A stretch of DNA of 64,000 bases from Hyphomicrobium sp. (GTDB taxonomy: Bacteria; Pseudomonadota; Alphaproteobacteria; Rhizobiales; Hyphomicrobiaceae): contig JANLYX010000018.1 of the NCBI GenBank assembly GCA_031365865.1, positions 6,859 through 70,858 on the forward strand. The letters are read 5' to 3'. The notes beneath the pieces are model-generated. The model worked only from the letters and a program-made list of their open reading frames with translations, was not told the origin of the DNA and did no database searches. The translations under genes were made by a program, and so were the position numbers. The stretch's first letter is position 1; each line of letters begins with the position of its first letter. Positions 11,535 through 23,662 of the stretch are shown piece after piece.

Positions 11535-12530
11535 GTGACCAGCACTTCGTCGAACGCAAGTTTCGCGCTGATCGGGGCTGGCGGTTACATTGCACCTCGT
11601 CACATGCGCGCCATCAAGGATGTCGGAAGCAATCTGCGCGCGGCGTATGATCCGGCCGACTCGGTCGGCGTCATGGACAGCTATTTTCCGGAAGCCAGAT
11701 TTTTTACCGAGTTCGAACGATTTGATCGCTACATTGATCGTGTCCGGCGCCAAGGCGAGACCATCAGTCATGTCAGCATTTGTTCGCCGAATTATTTGCA
11801 TGACGCGCATGTTCGGTTTGCATTGCGGTCAGGGGCAGATGCCATCTGCGAGAAGCCGCTGGTTTTGAACGCCTGGAACATCGATGGGCTGGCGGCGGTC
11901 GAAAAAGATACCGGCCATAAGGTCAATACAATTCTGCAACTGCGGCTGCATCCCGCGATCATAGCCTTGCGGGATCGTATCGCCGCCGATAAAACCGGCC
12001 GCGTCCACGATGTCGACCTGACGTACATCACCTCGCGGGGCCGCTGGTACTACGCGTCCTGGAAGGGCGACGAAGCCAAGTCCGGCGGCATCGCGACCAA
12101 CATCGGCGTGCATTTTTACGACATGCTGAATTTCGTCTTCGGGAAGTTGAAGACCAACGTCGTCCACCACAGGGCGATGGACTGCGCGTCGGGCTACCTC
12201 GAATATGAGCGCGCCCGTGTGCGCTGGTTCTTGTCGATCAATGTCCGTGACGTTCCCGCCGCCATAGCCGAAAAGCAAAGGACCTACCGGTCGATCACGG
12301 TCGATGGCGAGGACATCGAATTCTCGGAAGGCTTTACCGATCTTCATACCAACAGCTACCGCGAAATTCTGGCTGGCCGCGGTTTTCCGCTCGACGAAGT
12401 TCGAGCCTCGATCGAGACGGTCTCGAAAATTCGCTCGGGCCCAATCGAGTTGAAACAGGGGGTTCAGCATCCCTTCTTGGATAGCGTCATCAAGAACGAG
12501 GGCCGGTACCAATATGGCTGGCCAGTTTAA
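11535..12530 (+). CDS. wbpB: UDP-GlcNAcA 3-dehydrogenase (Gfo/Idh/MocA, WbpB/WlbA type)
   Basis: [54 protein letters not shown]. Confidence 0.88.
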   Translation: MTSTSSNASFALIGAGGYIAPRHMRAIKDVGSNLRAAYDPADSVGVMDSYFPEARFFTEFERFDRYIDRVRRQGETISHVSICSPNYLHDAHVRFALRSGADAICEKPLVLNAWNIDGLAAVEKDTGHKVNTILQLRLHPAIIALRDRIAADKTGRVHDVDLTYITSRGRWYYASWKGDEAKSGGIATNIGVHFYDMLNFVFGKLKTNVVHHRAMDCASGYLEYERARVRWFLSINVRDVPAAIAEKQRTYRSITVDGEDIEFSEGFTDLHTNSYREILAGRGFPLDEVRASIETVSKIRSGPIELKQGVQHPFLDSVIKNEGRYQYGWPV

Positions 12531-13110
12531 GTCCGACTGGGACGCACGCGGCGTCAAGGTTCATGAAAGCGCCTATGTCGATGATCCCAACGCGATCATT
12601 GGCAAGGGCACGCGGATTTGGCACTTCAGCCATATCTTGCCGAATACCGTCATCGGTGAGAATTGCGCGATCGGTCAGAATGTCGTCATCGGGCCGCACG
12701 TGAAGGTCGGCTCGAACTGCAAAATTCAAAACAACGTGTCCCTCTATGAAGGGGTGGAACTGGAAGACGGCGTTTTTTGCGGCCCAAGTTGCGTCTTTAC
12801 AAACGTCAACAACCCGCGCGCCGAAATCGAACGCAAAAGCGAATTCCGCAAGACCGTGATCAGGCGCGGCGCTACGATTGGGGCTAACGCCACGATCGTG
12901 TGCGGTCATGAATTGGGTGAATATGCATTTATTGCGGCTGGCGCAGTTGTAGCCGGGAACGTTCCTGCCTACGCGCTTATGGCAGGTGTTCCAGCAAAGC
13001 GCATCGGCTGGATGAGCAAGCGCGGCGCTCGGCTCGGACCTGATTTGGTCTGCCCCGAGGATGGCACGCGATATAGGGAGACATCCGATGGGCGCCTCGA
13101 GCCTGCGTGA
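12514..13110 (+). CDS. wbpD: UDP-GlcN3NAcA N-acetyltransferase (hexapeptide, WbpD/WlbB type)
   Basis: [42 protein letters not shown]. Confidence 0.88.
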   Translation: MAGQFKSDWDARGVKVHESAYVDDPNAIIGKGTRIWHFSHILPNTVIGENCAIGQNVVIGPHVKVGSNCKIQNNVSLYEGVELEDGVFCGPSCVFTNVNNPRAEIERKSEFRKTVIRRGATIGANATIVCGHELGEYAFIAAGAVVAGNVPAYALMAGVPAKRIGWMSKRGARLGPDLVCPEDGTRYRETSDGRLEPA

Positions 13111-14257
13111 GAACAGCGACCAAGGCCAACCGGTTTCGTTTATCGATCTTAGAGCCCAACAGGCCCGGATCCGGCCGCAAATCGATGCCGCGATCAAGCG
13201 CGTCCTTGATCACGGCACGTACATCATGGGGCCCGAAGTCGCGGAATTGGAAACGGCGCTCGCACAATTCTGCGGCGCCAAGCACGCTATAACATGCGCC
13301 AGCGGCACCGATGCCTTGCTGATGATCATGATGGCGCGCGGAATCGGGCCGGGCGACGCCATCATCTGCCCGGCCTTCACCTACACGGCAACGCCGGAAG
13401 TGATCGCGCTGCTCGGTGCAACTCCGATTTTTGCAGAAGTCTCGGAAGTTAGTTTCAATCTTGATCCCACGGGGCTTGACGCGGCCGTAAAGGCCGCAAC
13501 GAAAGCAGGTCTCGTGGCCCGGGCCGTGATTGCCGTTGATCTTTTCGGTCAGCCGGCCGACTACGCCGCCATATCGGCGTTCGCAGACGCCCACGGCTTG
13601 TTCGTCATTTCGGACGCCGCGCAAGGTTTCGGCGGCGCTGTCGGCAAGCAGAAGGTCGGAACCTTCGGACTTGCGACCGCGACCAGCTTTTTCCCGGCAA
13701 AACCCCTTGGCTGCTATGGCGACGGGGGCGCGATTTTCACTGAAGACGATGCGCTAGCCGATATCATGCGGTCGATCCGCCTGCATGGCAAAGGCGCCGA
13801 TAAGTATGACATTGTGCGGGTTGGCATCAACGGCCGGCTCGATACGATTCAGGCAGCGATCCTGATCGAAAAACTCAAAATATTCCCTGACGAGATCCGC
13901 GCCCGCCAGCAGGTGGCCCATCGTTATCACGCGGCTTTGGGTTCAGCGGTGCGGGTGCCGAAAATTGCGCCGGGCATGACGTCGGTTTGGGCGCAGTACA
14001 CGCTCGTCATTTCTGACGGCCGCCGCGATGAAGTCGCCCGCAGGCTTTCAGCAATTGGTATTCCGACGCAAATCTATTATCCGCGCGCCCTGCATGAACA
14101 GACTGCCTACAAGCACTGCCCCGTGGCGCTTGGTGGCGTGGCGGTCGCCGAAAGATTGCCCAAGGATGTGCTGAGCCTTCCCATGCATCCCTATCTCAGT
14201 GAGGCGGAACAAGACCGCGTCATTGGCGGCGTTCTCGGTGTCCTTCAAACGGCTTGA
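13088..14257 (+). CDS. wbpE: DegT/DnrJ PLP aminotransferase (WbpE/WlbC type)
   Basis: [43 protein letters not shown]; exact start uncertain. Confidence 0.85.
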   Translation: MGASSLRENSDQGQPVSFIDLRAQQARIRPQIDAAIKRVLDHGTYIMGPEVAELETALAQFCGAKHAITCASGTDALLMIMMARGIGPGDAIICPAFTYTATPEVIALLGATPIFAEVSEVSFNLDPTGLDAAVKAATKAGLVARAVIAVDLFGQPADYAAISAFADAHGLFVISDAAQGFGGAVGKQKVGTFGLATATSFFPAKPLGCYGDGGAIFTEDDALADIMRSIRLHGKGADKYDIVRVGINGRLDTIQAAILIEKLKIFPDEIRARQQVAHRYHAALGSAVRVPKIAPGMTSVWAQYTLVISDGRRDEVARRLSAIGIPTQIYYPRALHEQTAYKHCPVALGGVAVAERLPKDVLSLPMHPYLSEAEQDRVIGGVLGVLQTA

Positions 14258-15486
14258 GGGGCGCTCTCCGTTAGAAGATTGTAGATGGCCTCTGCGCGGT
14301 GCGCGTAGGTGTGAGACGCAATGATGTGATCGTAAGCGTTATCGACAATCTTGTTGCACAATCGTGGATCTTCAAATTGCGCCAGGGCCTCACGGACGTT
14401 GCTCAGGTCGGATTTAATAGGAATGTAATGCTGGCCGGCTGTGAGAATGTCGTTGTAACGGCCTTCGAGCAGAATCTGGCAGGTCTTTTTGCCGATCGCA
14501 TCGAAATGTCTTGAAGAAATAGCTTTTCCATAAACGGCGGGGCGCGGCCGTCCGGCGAAGAAAACGTTTGCGAGTTCTTCAAAGCTGGTTTTGTAATCCT
14601 CAAGAACCTCGAACTTAACAGGGCCTTTTTTGAGAAGCGTCCACAATGCGGCTTTGATCGGCGTCGGCAAAACGCGGGCTGCGCGCCTCAGCACGCTTTC
14701 GTTCTTCAGGATGAACCCGCGGTCTTTGGTTCTGAGGTAGTCGTGAATTTTCTTCATCAAGTCATCATCTGGGCTGATGTACCAACTCCCCGCTTCTGTC
14801 GACACTGTACCGCGGCACGAGCCTAGGAATGCAGACCAGTCGTCGCGCGAGAGGCGGCGATCCTCGCTGATATCGAGCTTGAGGCTCATGGCCAGAGCAC
14901 AGTCCGTGAGCCGGGTAATCATTCGGTTACGGTCGTCGTCGCCAAGGTAAGCCGGATAGCGGTAGCCTTTGACCCCGAGATTGAGCGGACGGCTTTCGGG
15001 ATTTCCGCCAGGTTTAAAAGCCTGGGGGTTGAGGGCGTGGGGAACCGCAACGACCCGGCAATTCGTCGAGGCGTAAAGATACGCGCCCGCTTCGAGCAAC
15101 AATTGGGTCGCGACAATGTCGGCTTTAGCATCGCGCAAAAAGGCGATGCGCTTCTCCATCGAGACATAGGGCGAATTAAATTCGTTGCCGTTGAACACCA
15201 TCAGCTTGCCGCGATTGCGCGCGGCGAGAGCGCTTGCCAAGGGTTGGACGAACTCTAGGGTGTCGCCATTGCAGCTGTGCAAAATGATGACGGCATCGAA
15301 GTTCTTGAGTTTCAATTGAAGGTGTGCCGGCTTCAGACCGAGAATGTTTTCAACGGTTGTGTCAAACAGCGGATTATTGAGAAAAGCATCGCGCCAATCG
15401 TCGTAGTACGAGGCGGTATGGGGGTATGCGAGCACTAGGACGAGGGTGCGTATAGCGCTCGGACGAAGGTGAGTTGCCGCAGGCAT
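14245..15486 (-). CDS. putative glycosyltransferase, CgeB/Glyco_trans_1_2-like family (paralogue 1)
   Basis: C-terminal AISSRHFDAIG.KT.QILLEGRY...HYIPIKSDLSN...HTYAHR, shared with three other ORFs in the locus. Confidence 0.55.
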   Translation of the reverse strand: MPAATHLRPSAIRTLVLVLAYPHTASYYDDWRDAFLNNPLFDTTVENILGLKPAHLQLKLKNFDAVIILHSCNGDTLEFVQPLASALAARNRGKLMVFNGNEFNSPYVSMEKRIAFLRDAKADIVATQLLLEAGAYLYASTNCRVVAVPHALNPQAFKPGGNPESRPLNLGVKGYRYPAYLGDDDRNRMITRLTDCALAMSLKLDISEDRRLSRDDWSAFLGSCRGTVSTEAGSWYISPDDDLMKKIHDYLRTKDRGFILKNESVLRRAARVLPTPIKAALWTLLKKGPVKFEVLEDYKTSFEELANVFFAGRPRPAVYGKAISSRHFDAIGKKTCQILLEGRYNDILTAGQHYIPIKSDLSNVREALAQFEDPRLCNKIVDNAYDHIIASHTYAHRAEAIYNLLTESAPQAV

Positions 15487-15723
15487 TAAAAATCCATCCG
15501 TCGATGCGCGCGAGGTTGATTCCTGAATAGCCCTGTATAGATCACGTCCGACGTTTGAAACTGGTAATTCATGACCTATCCAGTGTAGACACTGGTTATC
15601 GCCTCACGTAGCAGCAGGAGCCGAAACGAACATTGAACTCGCGACGGCAGACGGGCGCTTTCGTGCAAATTACCGCTGCATTGCCGCAGGAAATGAATTG
15701 CCGGGACAACTGAAGGTAAGCCG

Positions 15724-17097
15724 ATGAAGTCGCTCAACATCCTTATTCTCTGCGACGAAGCGGCGCGCCACACCGGTACCGTCGATCAACATATTCGATC
15801 ATTCCAAACGCACAGCCTCAATCGGGTCGCCGTTATGGACTCGCGCGCCGCCGCCAGTCTCGATGTCGATCTCACGTTGTTCGATGTGATCGTGTTCCAT
15901 TATTCGATCGTGATCTCGATGGCAACGTTTCTGCCGCCGGGATTTTTCGCCAGGCTTTCGGAATCTTCGGGAGTCAAAGTGCTCTTCATCCAAGACGAAT
16001 ACCGCTGGGTCGATCGCACCTCGGCCGCAGTCCGCGATCTTGATATTTCGGTGATTTTCACCGTCGTCAATGATGTCGTGATTCGCGAAATCTACAGGGA
16101 CGATTGGTTTGACCGCATCCGTTTCGAGCAAACGCTCACGGGATTTGTGCCGGAGGCGCTCCTTGCTCGCGCGGTACCCAAATTTGCCGAGCGGCGCATA
16201 GATGTGTCCTACCGGGCCCGCAAGGTGCCAAGCTGGCTTGGCGAGTTTGGGCAGGAAAAGTGGATCATTGGTGAACGGTTCAAGCGCGACGCCGTTCGTT
16301 GTGGGCTCAATAGCGATATCGAGATGTCCGAGGAAACGCGCATCTATGGAGATGCCTGGATAAATTTTGTCGCCAACTCCAAGGCGGTCCTGGGAACCGA
16401 AAGCGGGGCCAGCTTTATCGACTATTCTGGAGACGCTCAGCAAAAGGTTGAGGCTTTCGAAGCCGCCAATCCGTCGGCTACGTTCAAGGACATTCAAAGC
16501 CGGTTTCTTCCCGGTGACGGGCGCCATGTCATCCATGTCATATCACCGCGCTGCTTCGAGGCTGCGGCACTCAGGACCTTGATGATCCTCTATCCTGGAT
16601 CCTATTCGGGACTTTTACAGGCCGGCCGCCACTTTGTAGAATTGGCGCGAGATCATTCCAACATGGACGAGGTTGTGGCCGTTCTGAAGGACGGCGCCCG
16701 AGCCAACAAGATCATCGAGGCGGCCTACGAGGAAGTTGCGAAGTCCCCGCAATTGACCTTCAAGCATCATGTCAGACGCTTTGACGACGTTGTGCTTGAA
16801 GAATTTACGAAGCGTTCCGGCAAGGCGGCGGCAACTACCCAGGGTTCAGGGCGGGCCAATAAAAATTACGATGAAATGTTTGCCGCGCTTGAGCAGGCCT
16901 CGGCACGGCTTTCCGAAAAGCGTAAGAAGGCAATGCGGGCCGCGCTTGCGCTGCAAAGGCTTTCGAGCGGGCTGCAGTCGAATATGGCAAAGAGCTTGCC
17001 GCCACCTGTTGCAAAGTGGCTGATAGGGGCAGGCAATGCTGCAAAGGCCCGCGCCAAGCCGCTGATTAAGCGAATGCTTCTGGGCCGCTTGGATTGA
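15724..17097 (+). CDS. putative glycosyltransferase-like protein (paralogue 2)
   Basis: QDEY, TGFVP, YRAR, EE.RIYG..W, LGTESG, ISPR.FE, ILYPG.YS motifs. Confidence 0.55.
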   Translation: MKSLNILILCDEAARHTGTVDQHIRSFQTHSLNRVAVMDSRAAASLDVDLTLFDVIVFHYSIVISMATFLPPGFFARLSESSGVKVLFIQDEYRWVDRTSAAVRDLDISVIFTVVNDVVIREIYRDDWFDRIRFEQTLTGFVPEALLARAVPKFAERRIDVSYRARKVPSWLGEFGQEKWIIGERFKRDAVRCGLNSDIEMSEETRIYGDAWINFVANSKAVLGTESGASFIDYSGDAQQKVEAFEAANPSATFKDIQSRFLPGDGRHVIHVISPRCFEAAALRTLMILYPGSYSGLLQAGRHFVELARDHSNMDEVVAVLKDGARANKIIEAAYEEVAKSPQLTFKHHVRRFDDVVLEEFTKRSGKAAATTQGSGRANKNYDEMFAALEQASARLSEKRKKAMRAALALQRLSSGLQSNMAKSLPPPVAKWLIGAGNAAKARAKPLIKRMLLGRLD

Positions 17098-17110
17098 CGG
17101 GCGCAAGCCT

Positions 17111-18958
17111 TCAAGTGCGTCGCGGAATTCTGTTAAGCACGGCGATCGCAACACGTCGCGCGCCCGGAATTTTGTTGATGCACGCTTTGATCAAGTCCGA
17201 CTTCGGCCCCTTCAGTAATATTCGGGTGCGGTGTGCTTGATAGCCGAACTTGTCGATATTGGACGCCTTCGCGAACAATTCAGCCGCTTCTGTTTTCATG
17301 ATGTGGCGGCAGGCGATGTACTGGCTGTTAACGTCCGCGTAGAGTTTTGTATATTCAAGAAGCCAATTTTGATTGTGTTCGAGAATTGCATCCAGGGCCC
17401 GACGTTCCGCTTCGACATGCCCTTTCCTCGTGGTCTCGGCGAGGGCCTGCTCGAGCAATTCAAGGTTGCCCTTATAGTCTTTACGGCGTTCTGCCAATAC
17501 TTCCACGCAGACCTCAAAGTCGCGTTTCGCCTCGGGGACCGCGCCAGCACCGCGACGGTCTTGAGTACAGCTCGACTTTGAGACGAGCCAATTACCGAGT
17601 CTGTCGAACTCTTCGACGTTTCGCTGCAAGGTTTGCACAACGCGCCAGTAATAACCGTCGAGTCTATTGGCTTCGCGCGGCAGATGCGCGCCGCTTAACC
17701 GGATTTGGGTCTTCTTGAAGTCGTCGAGGCCTTTGGGCTGTGCTGTCGGCCATTCTGCGAGCGCCGCCAAGCGGCGATCGGCGGGTAGAACAGGAACCGT
17801 CCCTTCGCCGCGATTCCGCTCGGGCCGCCCGCGAAATCGGGGCTCGGTTAGGCGAACTTCAATGTGCTCTTTCAACATTGAAACGAATGTGCGGTAGCCA
17901 AAGGCGCCAGAGCCGACGAGGTCGTCATAGGCACGGCCGGCCATTGTCTCAAGGGCGGGGATGTCTTCCAAGCGCCGTAAGACGTCTTCAGTATTTGAGA
18001 AATCAAGCTCAAGGGGGATGTAATGTGTATCGGGCTCGATTGCGTCGGAGTAGTATCCCCGGAACAAGATCATGGGGGTCCGCATCACCGCGCACTCAAA
18101 GACACGCGGCGAAATCTGGCCCATGCTGATTTCGCTGTCACGCTTGGCAATCACGGGAGCAAATTCGTCGTAACTGGGCATCCGGCCGAGCTTGCTTTTC
18201 AGACGCTGGTAAGCGGCATTGATTGAGCCATCAAAATCAAAAACGTTGGAGCCGGATTCCGAGCCCAGCATAGAGCGGCTGTTGCCGATGAAGTCGAACC
18301 AAGCCTTGCCGTAAATGCGGCTTTCTTCCGTCATGGCGATATCATTGACCACACCTTTGGCGTCGCAGATCTCCTTCATGCGACGGCCGATCTCGAACTT
18401 TTCGTATCCCAAGCGGCCGTAGCGCGGACCTATGTTTCGACCCCGGTAAGCAACGGTGATGGATCTTTCGCGCAATGGCATGGGGGGCGCGAGCGTGCTG
18501 GCGAAATCGTCGGGCACGTAGCCGGTAAATACCGTGATGAATTCAACACCAGGAAATTCGGCGGGCGGGTAGACGTAGCCAAGCGATGTCTGCGGCACGC
18601 AGGTCAGGACGATATCAAATCCATGGCCGGTAATTGCCGCCTTAAGCTTGTCGGTATGATCGTACTCATCCTGGACCGCGAGAATTTTCAGACCCGTAAA
18701 GCGCTTTAATGCCTCACGGTAGGTCGATGACACGTAGCCATCGAAGCAAAACCTCGAGCAGTAGTTATGAAAGATGACATCGTAGCCGCTGGCGTCAAAA
18801 TCGGTGGTAACGTGCGCATCGTGGGTGACGTGCAGGTAAGTGACGTCGTAATCGAGGAATTGCTTAAAGGCGCAGACGTAATCGAGCGTGGTTTGCACAT
18901 GCGTGCTGGCCATTGAATAGGCGACGAGGAGCTTACGCGGCGGCACAAGGTCATCCAA
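17111..18958 (-). CDS. putative glycosyltransferase-like protein (paralogue 3) with helical C-terminal extension
   Basis: QDEY, TGYVP, YRGR, EESRIYG.AW, LGSESG, ISPRVFE motifs plus ~200 extra aa. Confidence 0.55.
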   Translation of the reverse strand: MDDLVPPRKLLVAYSMASTHVQTTLDYVCAFKQFLDYDVTYLHVTHDAHVTTDFDASGYDVIFHNYCSRFCFDGYVSSTYREALKRFTGLKILAVQDEYDHTDKLKAAITGHGFDIVLTCVPQTSLGYVYPPAEFPGVEFITVFTGYVPDDFASTLAPPMPLRERSITVAYRGRNIGPRYGRLGYEKFEIGRRMKEICDAKGVVNDIAMTEESRIYGKAWFDFIGNSRSMLGSESGSNVFDFDGSINAAYQRLKSKLGRMPSYDEFAPVIAKRDSEISMGQISPRVFECAVMRTPMILFRGYYSDAIEPDTHYIPLELDFSNTEDVLRRLEDIPALETMAGRAYDDLVGSGAFGYRTFVSMLKEHIEVRLTEPRFRGRPERNRGEGTVPVLPADRRLAALAEWPTAQPKGLDDFKKTQIRLSGAHLPREANRLDGYYWRVVQTLQRNVEEFDRLGNWLVSKSSCTQDRRGAGAVPEAKRDFEVCVEVLAERRKDYKGNLELLEQALAETTRKGHVEAERRALDAILEHNQNWLLEYTKLYADVNSQYIACRHIMKTEAAELFAKASNIDKFGYQAHRTRILLKGPKSDLIKACINKIPGARRVAIAVLNRIPRRT

Positions 18959-19330
18959 TCACGAATGGAAACAGTGAAGTTCGCTTGCTTGTCTAGGGTC
19001 TATAGCCTCGCCTGCGCAACTCCTGCGTGATTTTCTAGCAACATAGCGATCCCTTTGGAAGGGCTGGCGATGTTCCAAACAGTTTGTGATCATGCGTCTC
19101 TTGGGCCATTGCCGAGGGCGCGCGTAAATGAGAAAATGCTGCGGTAAATACTCTGAACGGTGTGCCGCCTCGCAATAGCCGGGCAAAATTGCAAGTCAAC
19201 AGCGTAAAAGCTGCGTCTGCAGATCGCTTTGTCACCTCGCAGCGTTGGCCGCGAATAACAAGTGCTAAGCGTCGCCGGGGATTTTTTCGAAACTGTCCTT
19301 CCGGGGACGCGCCTCAAAAGGGAAGTTTAA

Positions 19331-20188
19331 ATGACCAGCGTGCCAAGTGCTGAAACTCCGGTTCGGCCTCAAGCGGAAATCGACGAGCGCAATCGGAATT
19401 TTTGGAATGAGTTGTGCGGTACTCAGCTGGCCAAACAGCTCGGCGTGACGGATTCCAGTCCCGAATCCTTGGCAAAATTCGACAACTGGTATTTCGATTT
19501 TTATCCCTACCTCGACAAGCACATTCCGTTTCAAGATATGCGCGGGAAACGCGTCCTGGAAGTCGGTTTGGGATATGGCACGGTCTCGCAGAAGCTCGCC
19601 CAATCTGGTGCGCTCTATTCCGGTCTCGATATTGCGGCCGGTCCCGTGGCCATGGTCAACCAACGCTTGGCGCAAAGCCATCTTGGCGGGAAAGCCGTTC
19701 AAGGCAGCGTGCTCGAATGTCCGTTTCCGGATAGCGAGTTTGACTGGGTCGTAGCGATTGGCTGCTTCCATCATACTGGGAACTTGCAACGGGCACTCGA
19801 TGAAGCTTGGCGCGTGCTGAAGCCCGGTGGCCGAGCCATGGTGATGGTGTATTACGCCTACTCGTACAGGCGTTGGGGTGCGGTGCCAAAAGAGACGTTC
19901 CGGCAATTCATCGACGACAAGGTGTTTTCAAGAACTGCCTACAGGGCTGCCTCCGAAAGAGAACGCGCTCACTACGATGCCTCGACGAAGGATGGAGCCG
20001 GCGCGCCGGAGACCGCTTTCACGTCGGCGTCAGACATGAAGCGGCTGACCAAGCGTTGGACAAGTTGCAAGGTTAGCCGTGAAAACATCGGACAAGAATC
20101 GGTGTTCCGGAATTGGGACCGCAAGAAAGCCTGTTCGGTCGCGGGGCCATTCGTTGGACTCGACATCTACTGTGACTTGCAAAAGTAA
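19331..20188 (+). CDS. class I SAM-dependent methyltransferase
   Basis: VLEVGLGYG motif I, GLDIA, PFPDSEFDWV, GCFHH, VLKPGG. Confidence 0.85.
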   Translation: MTSVPSAETPVRPQAEIDERNRNFWNELCGTQLAKQLGVTDSSPESLAKFDNWYFDFYPYLDKHIPFQDMRGKRVLEVGLGYGTVSQKLAQSGALYSGLDIAAGPVAMVNQRLAQSHLGGKAVQGSVLECPFPDSEFDWVVAIGCFHHTGNLQRALDEAWRVLKPGGRAMVMVYYAYSYRRWGAVPKETFRQFIDDKVFSRTAYRAASERERAHYDASTKDGAGAPETAFTSASDMKRLTKRWTSCKVSRENIGQESVFRNWDRKKACSVAGPFVGLDIYCDLQK

Positions 20189-20273
20189 GCGTGAGGTATT
20201 TGCGGGTGGAGGATTTGTTCGCTAAACCGGCAAATATCTCCAACAACAAAGTAGTCGCGGGGATATCGACAAA

Positions 20274-21320
20274 GTGTCACGAATTTCTAACGTGCTGACG
20301 ATCGTCGGAGCACGCCCACAGTTTATCAAAGCAGCCCCCGTCAGTCATGCGCTCGCGTCGGCCGGGATTGCCGAAGTTCTTGTCCACACCGGACAGCATT
20401 TCGACGCCCTGATGTCTGACGTGTTCTTCGACGAGTTGGACATTCCAAAGCCCGCGCACAACCTCGAGGTCAACAGTCTGGGGCACGGCGCAATGACCGG
20501 CCGCATGCTTGAGCGGATCGAACAGACCTTGCTCGACGAAAAGCCAGACCTCGTTCTCATCTACGGCGATACCAACTCTACGGTTGCGGGGGCTCTCGCG
20601 GCTTCAAAATTGCACATTCCGGTCGCCCATGTCGAAGCGGGCCTAAGATCTTTCAACCGGCGCATGCCCGAGGAAATCAATCGCGTTGTCGCCGACCATC
20701 TGAGCGCAATGCTGTTTTGCCCGACAGCGACGGCTGTCAAAAATCTGGCCAATGAAGGCATAACCAAAGGCGTTTATGCAGTTGGCGACGTCATGTTCGA
20801 TACGACGATCTCCGCAGTAAAACGCGCGAAAGAACGATCCAAAATTCTCGAGACATTAGGCTTGAAAAAAGCCGGGTATTCGGTCGCGACCATCCATCGT
20901 GCCGAAAACACCGACGACCCGGGGCGCTTCCTGCGTGTTGTCGCATGGCTCGAGAAAGCTGCCGCTGACGCTCCCGTCATCATGCCGGTCCATCCGCGGA
21001 CCCGCAAATTGATGGAGAGCAAGGGTATCGCTCCAAAGGGCGTCAGGCTCATCGAGCCACTCGGTTACCTGGATATGGCGCTTCTTGTGCATAACTGCGT
21101 GGCTGTGTTCACGGATTCCGGCGGGCTGCAAAAAGAAGCCTATTTCCACCGTGTCCCGTGTGTCACCTTACGTGATGAAACGGAGTGGGTGGAAACGGTC
21201 GACGCGGGTTGGAACAGATTGTGGACGTCGCCTGATCATGTGGCTCCGCGCCGTGAAATCGAAGATTATGGCACGGGCAACGCCGCATCCGTGATTGTGC
21301 AAGCCATTAGGGCCCTGTGA
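20274..21320 (+). CDS. wecB: non-hydrolysing UDP-HexNAc 2-epimerase (WecB/WbpI type)
   Basis: GARPQFIK, HTGQH, YGDTNST, HVEAGLRS, PEEINR, DSGGLQKEA. Confidence 0.9.
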   Translation: MSRISNVLTIVGARPQFIKAAPVSHALASAGIAEVLVHTGQHFDALMSDVFFDELDIPKPAHNLEVNSLGHGAMTGRMLERIEQTLLDEKPDLVLIYGDTNSTVAGALAASKLHIPVAHVEAGLRSFNRRMPEEINRVVADHLSAMLFCPTATAVKNLANEGITKGVYAVGDVMFDTTISAVKRAKERSKILETLGLKKAGYSVATIHRAENTDDPGRFLRVVAWLEKAAADAPVIMPVHPRTRKLMESKGIAPKGVRLIEPLGYLDMALLVHNCVAVFTDSGGLQKEAYFHRVPCVTLRDETEWVETVDAGWNRLWTSPDHVAPRREIEDYGTGNAASVIVQAIRAL

Positions 21321-21393
21321 AATTCCAGGTTTTGAATTGCGGCCGTTGTATCGGGCCGATGTTGGTTGCAAGCGGGAGCCGGTTGGGAGATTT

Positions 21394-22191
21394 ATGTCGG
21401 CGATATTGGAGCCCTACCGGCTGTTCTACGATCACAGGCATCTCTTGTGGGATGCGGTCAAACAAACGTTGAAGGCGCGGCATGCGGGGTCCATTTTAGG
21501 CTCGGCGTGGCTCGTGCTTGGCCCGCTGATCCTGCTCTCACTGTATGCCATTCTCTATACCCTCATTTTCCGGGTTCGCCCTGTCAATCTCTCCATCATC
21601 GATTACATTCTTTATATTTTTTGCGGGCTCATTCCGTTCATTTCGTTCAGCCAAGCTCTCGCATCGGGAAGTTCGGCGCTTAGCGCGAACAATGCGTTGC
21701 TGCTAAACCGGATGTTTCCGGCCGAACTCATTCCGGCGCGAGAAGTCATCGCTGCTGGAATGTTCATGGTGGTGGGCGGTGGTCTGACCATTGCCTACAA
21801 AGTGCTGACCGGCGGGGTAACGTGGTCCTGGGTTCTGATCCCGGTGATTGTTATCTTGATGGCGATGGCGACGTGCGGGGCAGTGTGGGGTCTTTCGCTG
21901 GCAAATCTGGTTCTCAAGGATGTCCAGCAAATCGTCGGCTACGTTGTCATGCTCATCCTGGTCGCGAGCCCCATTGCCTACACGCCCGATATGGTGCCGC
22001 CCAATCTCCGCGTCTTGCTCTATCTCAACCCATTTGCCTATTATGTCAGTGCTTTCCAGACGATCCTCGTGCTGGGCAAATGGCCGAGCCCGGTCATTTT
22101 GATGGGCTGTATTGCCTTTGCCTTTATTTCCTTCCACGGCATGTACAAGGTCTTCAAGCTAGGAAAAGCGATCATTGCTGACCACATCTGA
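21394..22191 (+). CDS. wzm: polysaccharide ABC transporter permease Wzm
   Basis: Six hydrophobic segments; [26 protein letters not shown]. Confidence 0.88.
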   Translation: MSAILEPYRLFYDHRHLLWDAVKQTLKARHAGSILGSAWLVLGPLILLSLYAILYTLIFRVRPVNLSIIDYILYIFCGLIPFISFSQALASGSSALSANNALLLNRMFPAELIPAREVIAAGMFMVVGGGLTIAYKVLTGGVTWSWVLIPVIVILMAMATCGAVWGLSLANLVLKDVQQIVGYVVMLILVASPIAYTPDMVPPNLRVLLYLNPFAYYVSAFQTILVLGKWPSPVILMGCIAFAFISFHGMYKVFKLGKAIIADHI

Positions 22192-23635
22192 TCAGGCACA
22201 TCAAGAGCCCGGTGCCACCGGTAATGTCGCCATCCGCCTAAATAAGGTGTCGAAGGCGTATAAGCTGTATCCGAGCATGTCTGCGCAATTCGCCGATGTC
22301 ATGGGCCTCGACCGGCTGATGCGGTGGAAACGCGCTGCGCCGCCTCTTCATCACGCCTTGAGCGACGTTTGCTTTTCGATCCGGAGGGGCGAACGCGTTG
22401 GTGTCATCGGCCGGAACGGTGCGGGAAAAACAACGCTGCTGAAGCTGATTTCAGGATCGGCCCAGCCCACCAGCGGCGATGTCGGCATTCAAGGATCGGT
22501 CCAGGCCTTGATGCAGGTTGGAGTCGGCTTTCATCCAGAATTCACAGGGCTGGAAAATATCAAAGGCTCGCTGATGTACTCCGGCCTGTCGACGCCCGAG
22601 AGGGCCGCCGCGGAACAAGAGATCATCGAGTTCGTGGAACTCGGCGAATATCTCAATCAGCCCATCAAGACCTATTCTTTGGGTATGCAGTCGCGGTTGC
22701 AATTTGCATGTGCGACGGCGATCAAGCCCGAAATTCTGATCGTGGATGAAATACTCGGCGCCGGCGACGCTTATTTCAGCGTCAAGTCATCAATGCGCAT
22801 GGAGCGGCTGACGAAGTCCGGCTGCACCTTGCTGTTGGTTTCCCATTCGATGGCGCAGGTCCTGCAGTTCTGCGAGCGCTGCATATGGATCGACGCGGGC
22901 CGTGTCCGCAGCGACGGCGGTGTCCGCAAAGTCGTCGGCGAGTACGAAGTCTACATGGAAAACATGTCGGCTAAGGCGCTTGGGCAAAGTTCCGCGGCGG
23001 ATAGCCAGGGAGCGTCCAACAGGTCGTTCCGGCTGGGACGAAATGATATCGCCGGCGAAGATTTAGGCGGACCAACGCCGGACGCATCGAACGAAAGCGG
23101 TGCGCCGACGAACGCCGCAGCGCCACCGGAACGTTACGTCGATGTCCTGGAAAGCGGTGAGAAGGTCTTTCGTTGGCCGGCTGAAAAAGGCCCGAAACTC
23201 CGGGCGCTCGACATCTCAAGCGGCGAACTCACGGCGAGGTTCCCTGAAGGCTCAGATCTGTCATTTCGGGTCAAGGTCTGTAACGACTCGGGCGGCGCAG
23301 TTGCATGCCGGTATCAGGTCACAATTCTGGGGCTCGATAATCGGCGCATCACGCGGCTGCTCAGTCCCGTCGACCGCTTTTCCGGCGCACCGGAGACCCG
23401 TATTGCGACGTTGCAACTCAAGCCGTGTCTCCTTCAAGCAGGCGAATACTACGTTAACTTTGCCATCTTGACGGACACGGCGATGCTGGCGGGGGTGCCG
23501 ACGCGCCGCTATGATCTCGTGTCGCGGTTTGGCGACTTTGAGATAACCCGCACCCTCGATTATCGCGAGCGCTGCGTGTTCACCCACCCAGCCGAATGGA
23601 CGGCGCTGGCGCTAGACGATAAGACGGGGTCTTAA
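22175..23635 (+). CDS. wzt: polysaccharide ABC transporter ATPase Wzt with C-terminal (carbohydrate-binding) domain
   Basis: [28 protein letters not shown]; extra ~150-aa beta-rich C-terminal domain after a low-complexity linker. Confidence 0.9.
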   Translation: MLTTSDQAHQEPGATGNVAIRLNKVSKAYKLYPSMSAQFADVMGLDRLMRWKRAAPPLHHALSDVCFSIRRGERVGVIGRNGAGKTTLLKLISGSAQPTSGDVGIQGSVQALMQVGVGFHPEFTGLENIKGSLMYSGLSTPERAAAEQEIIEFVELGEYLNQPIKTYSLGMQSRLQFACATAIKPEILIVDEILGAGDAYFSVKSSMRMERLTKSGCTLLLVSHSMAQVLQFCERCIWIDAGRVRSDGGVRKVVGEYEVYMENMSAKALGQSSAADSQGASNRSFRLGRNDIAGEDLGGPTPDASNESGAPTNAAAPPERYVDVLESGEKVFRWPAEKGPKLRALDISSGELTARFPEGSDLSFRVKVCNDSGGAVACRYQVTILGLDNRRITRLLSPVDRFSGAPETRIATLQLKPCLLQAGEYYVNFAILTDTAMLAGVPTRRYDLVSRFGDFEITRTLDYRERCVFTHPAEWTALALDDKTGS

Positions 23636-23662
23636 AATAATGCACAGACCGAGGCGATCGTT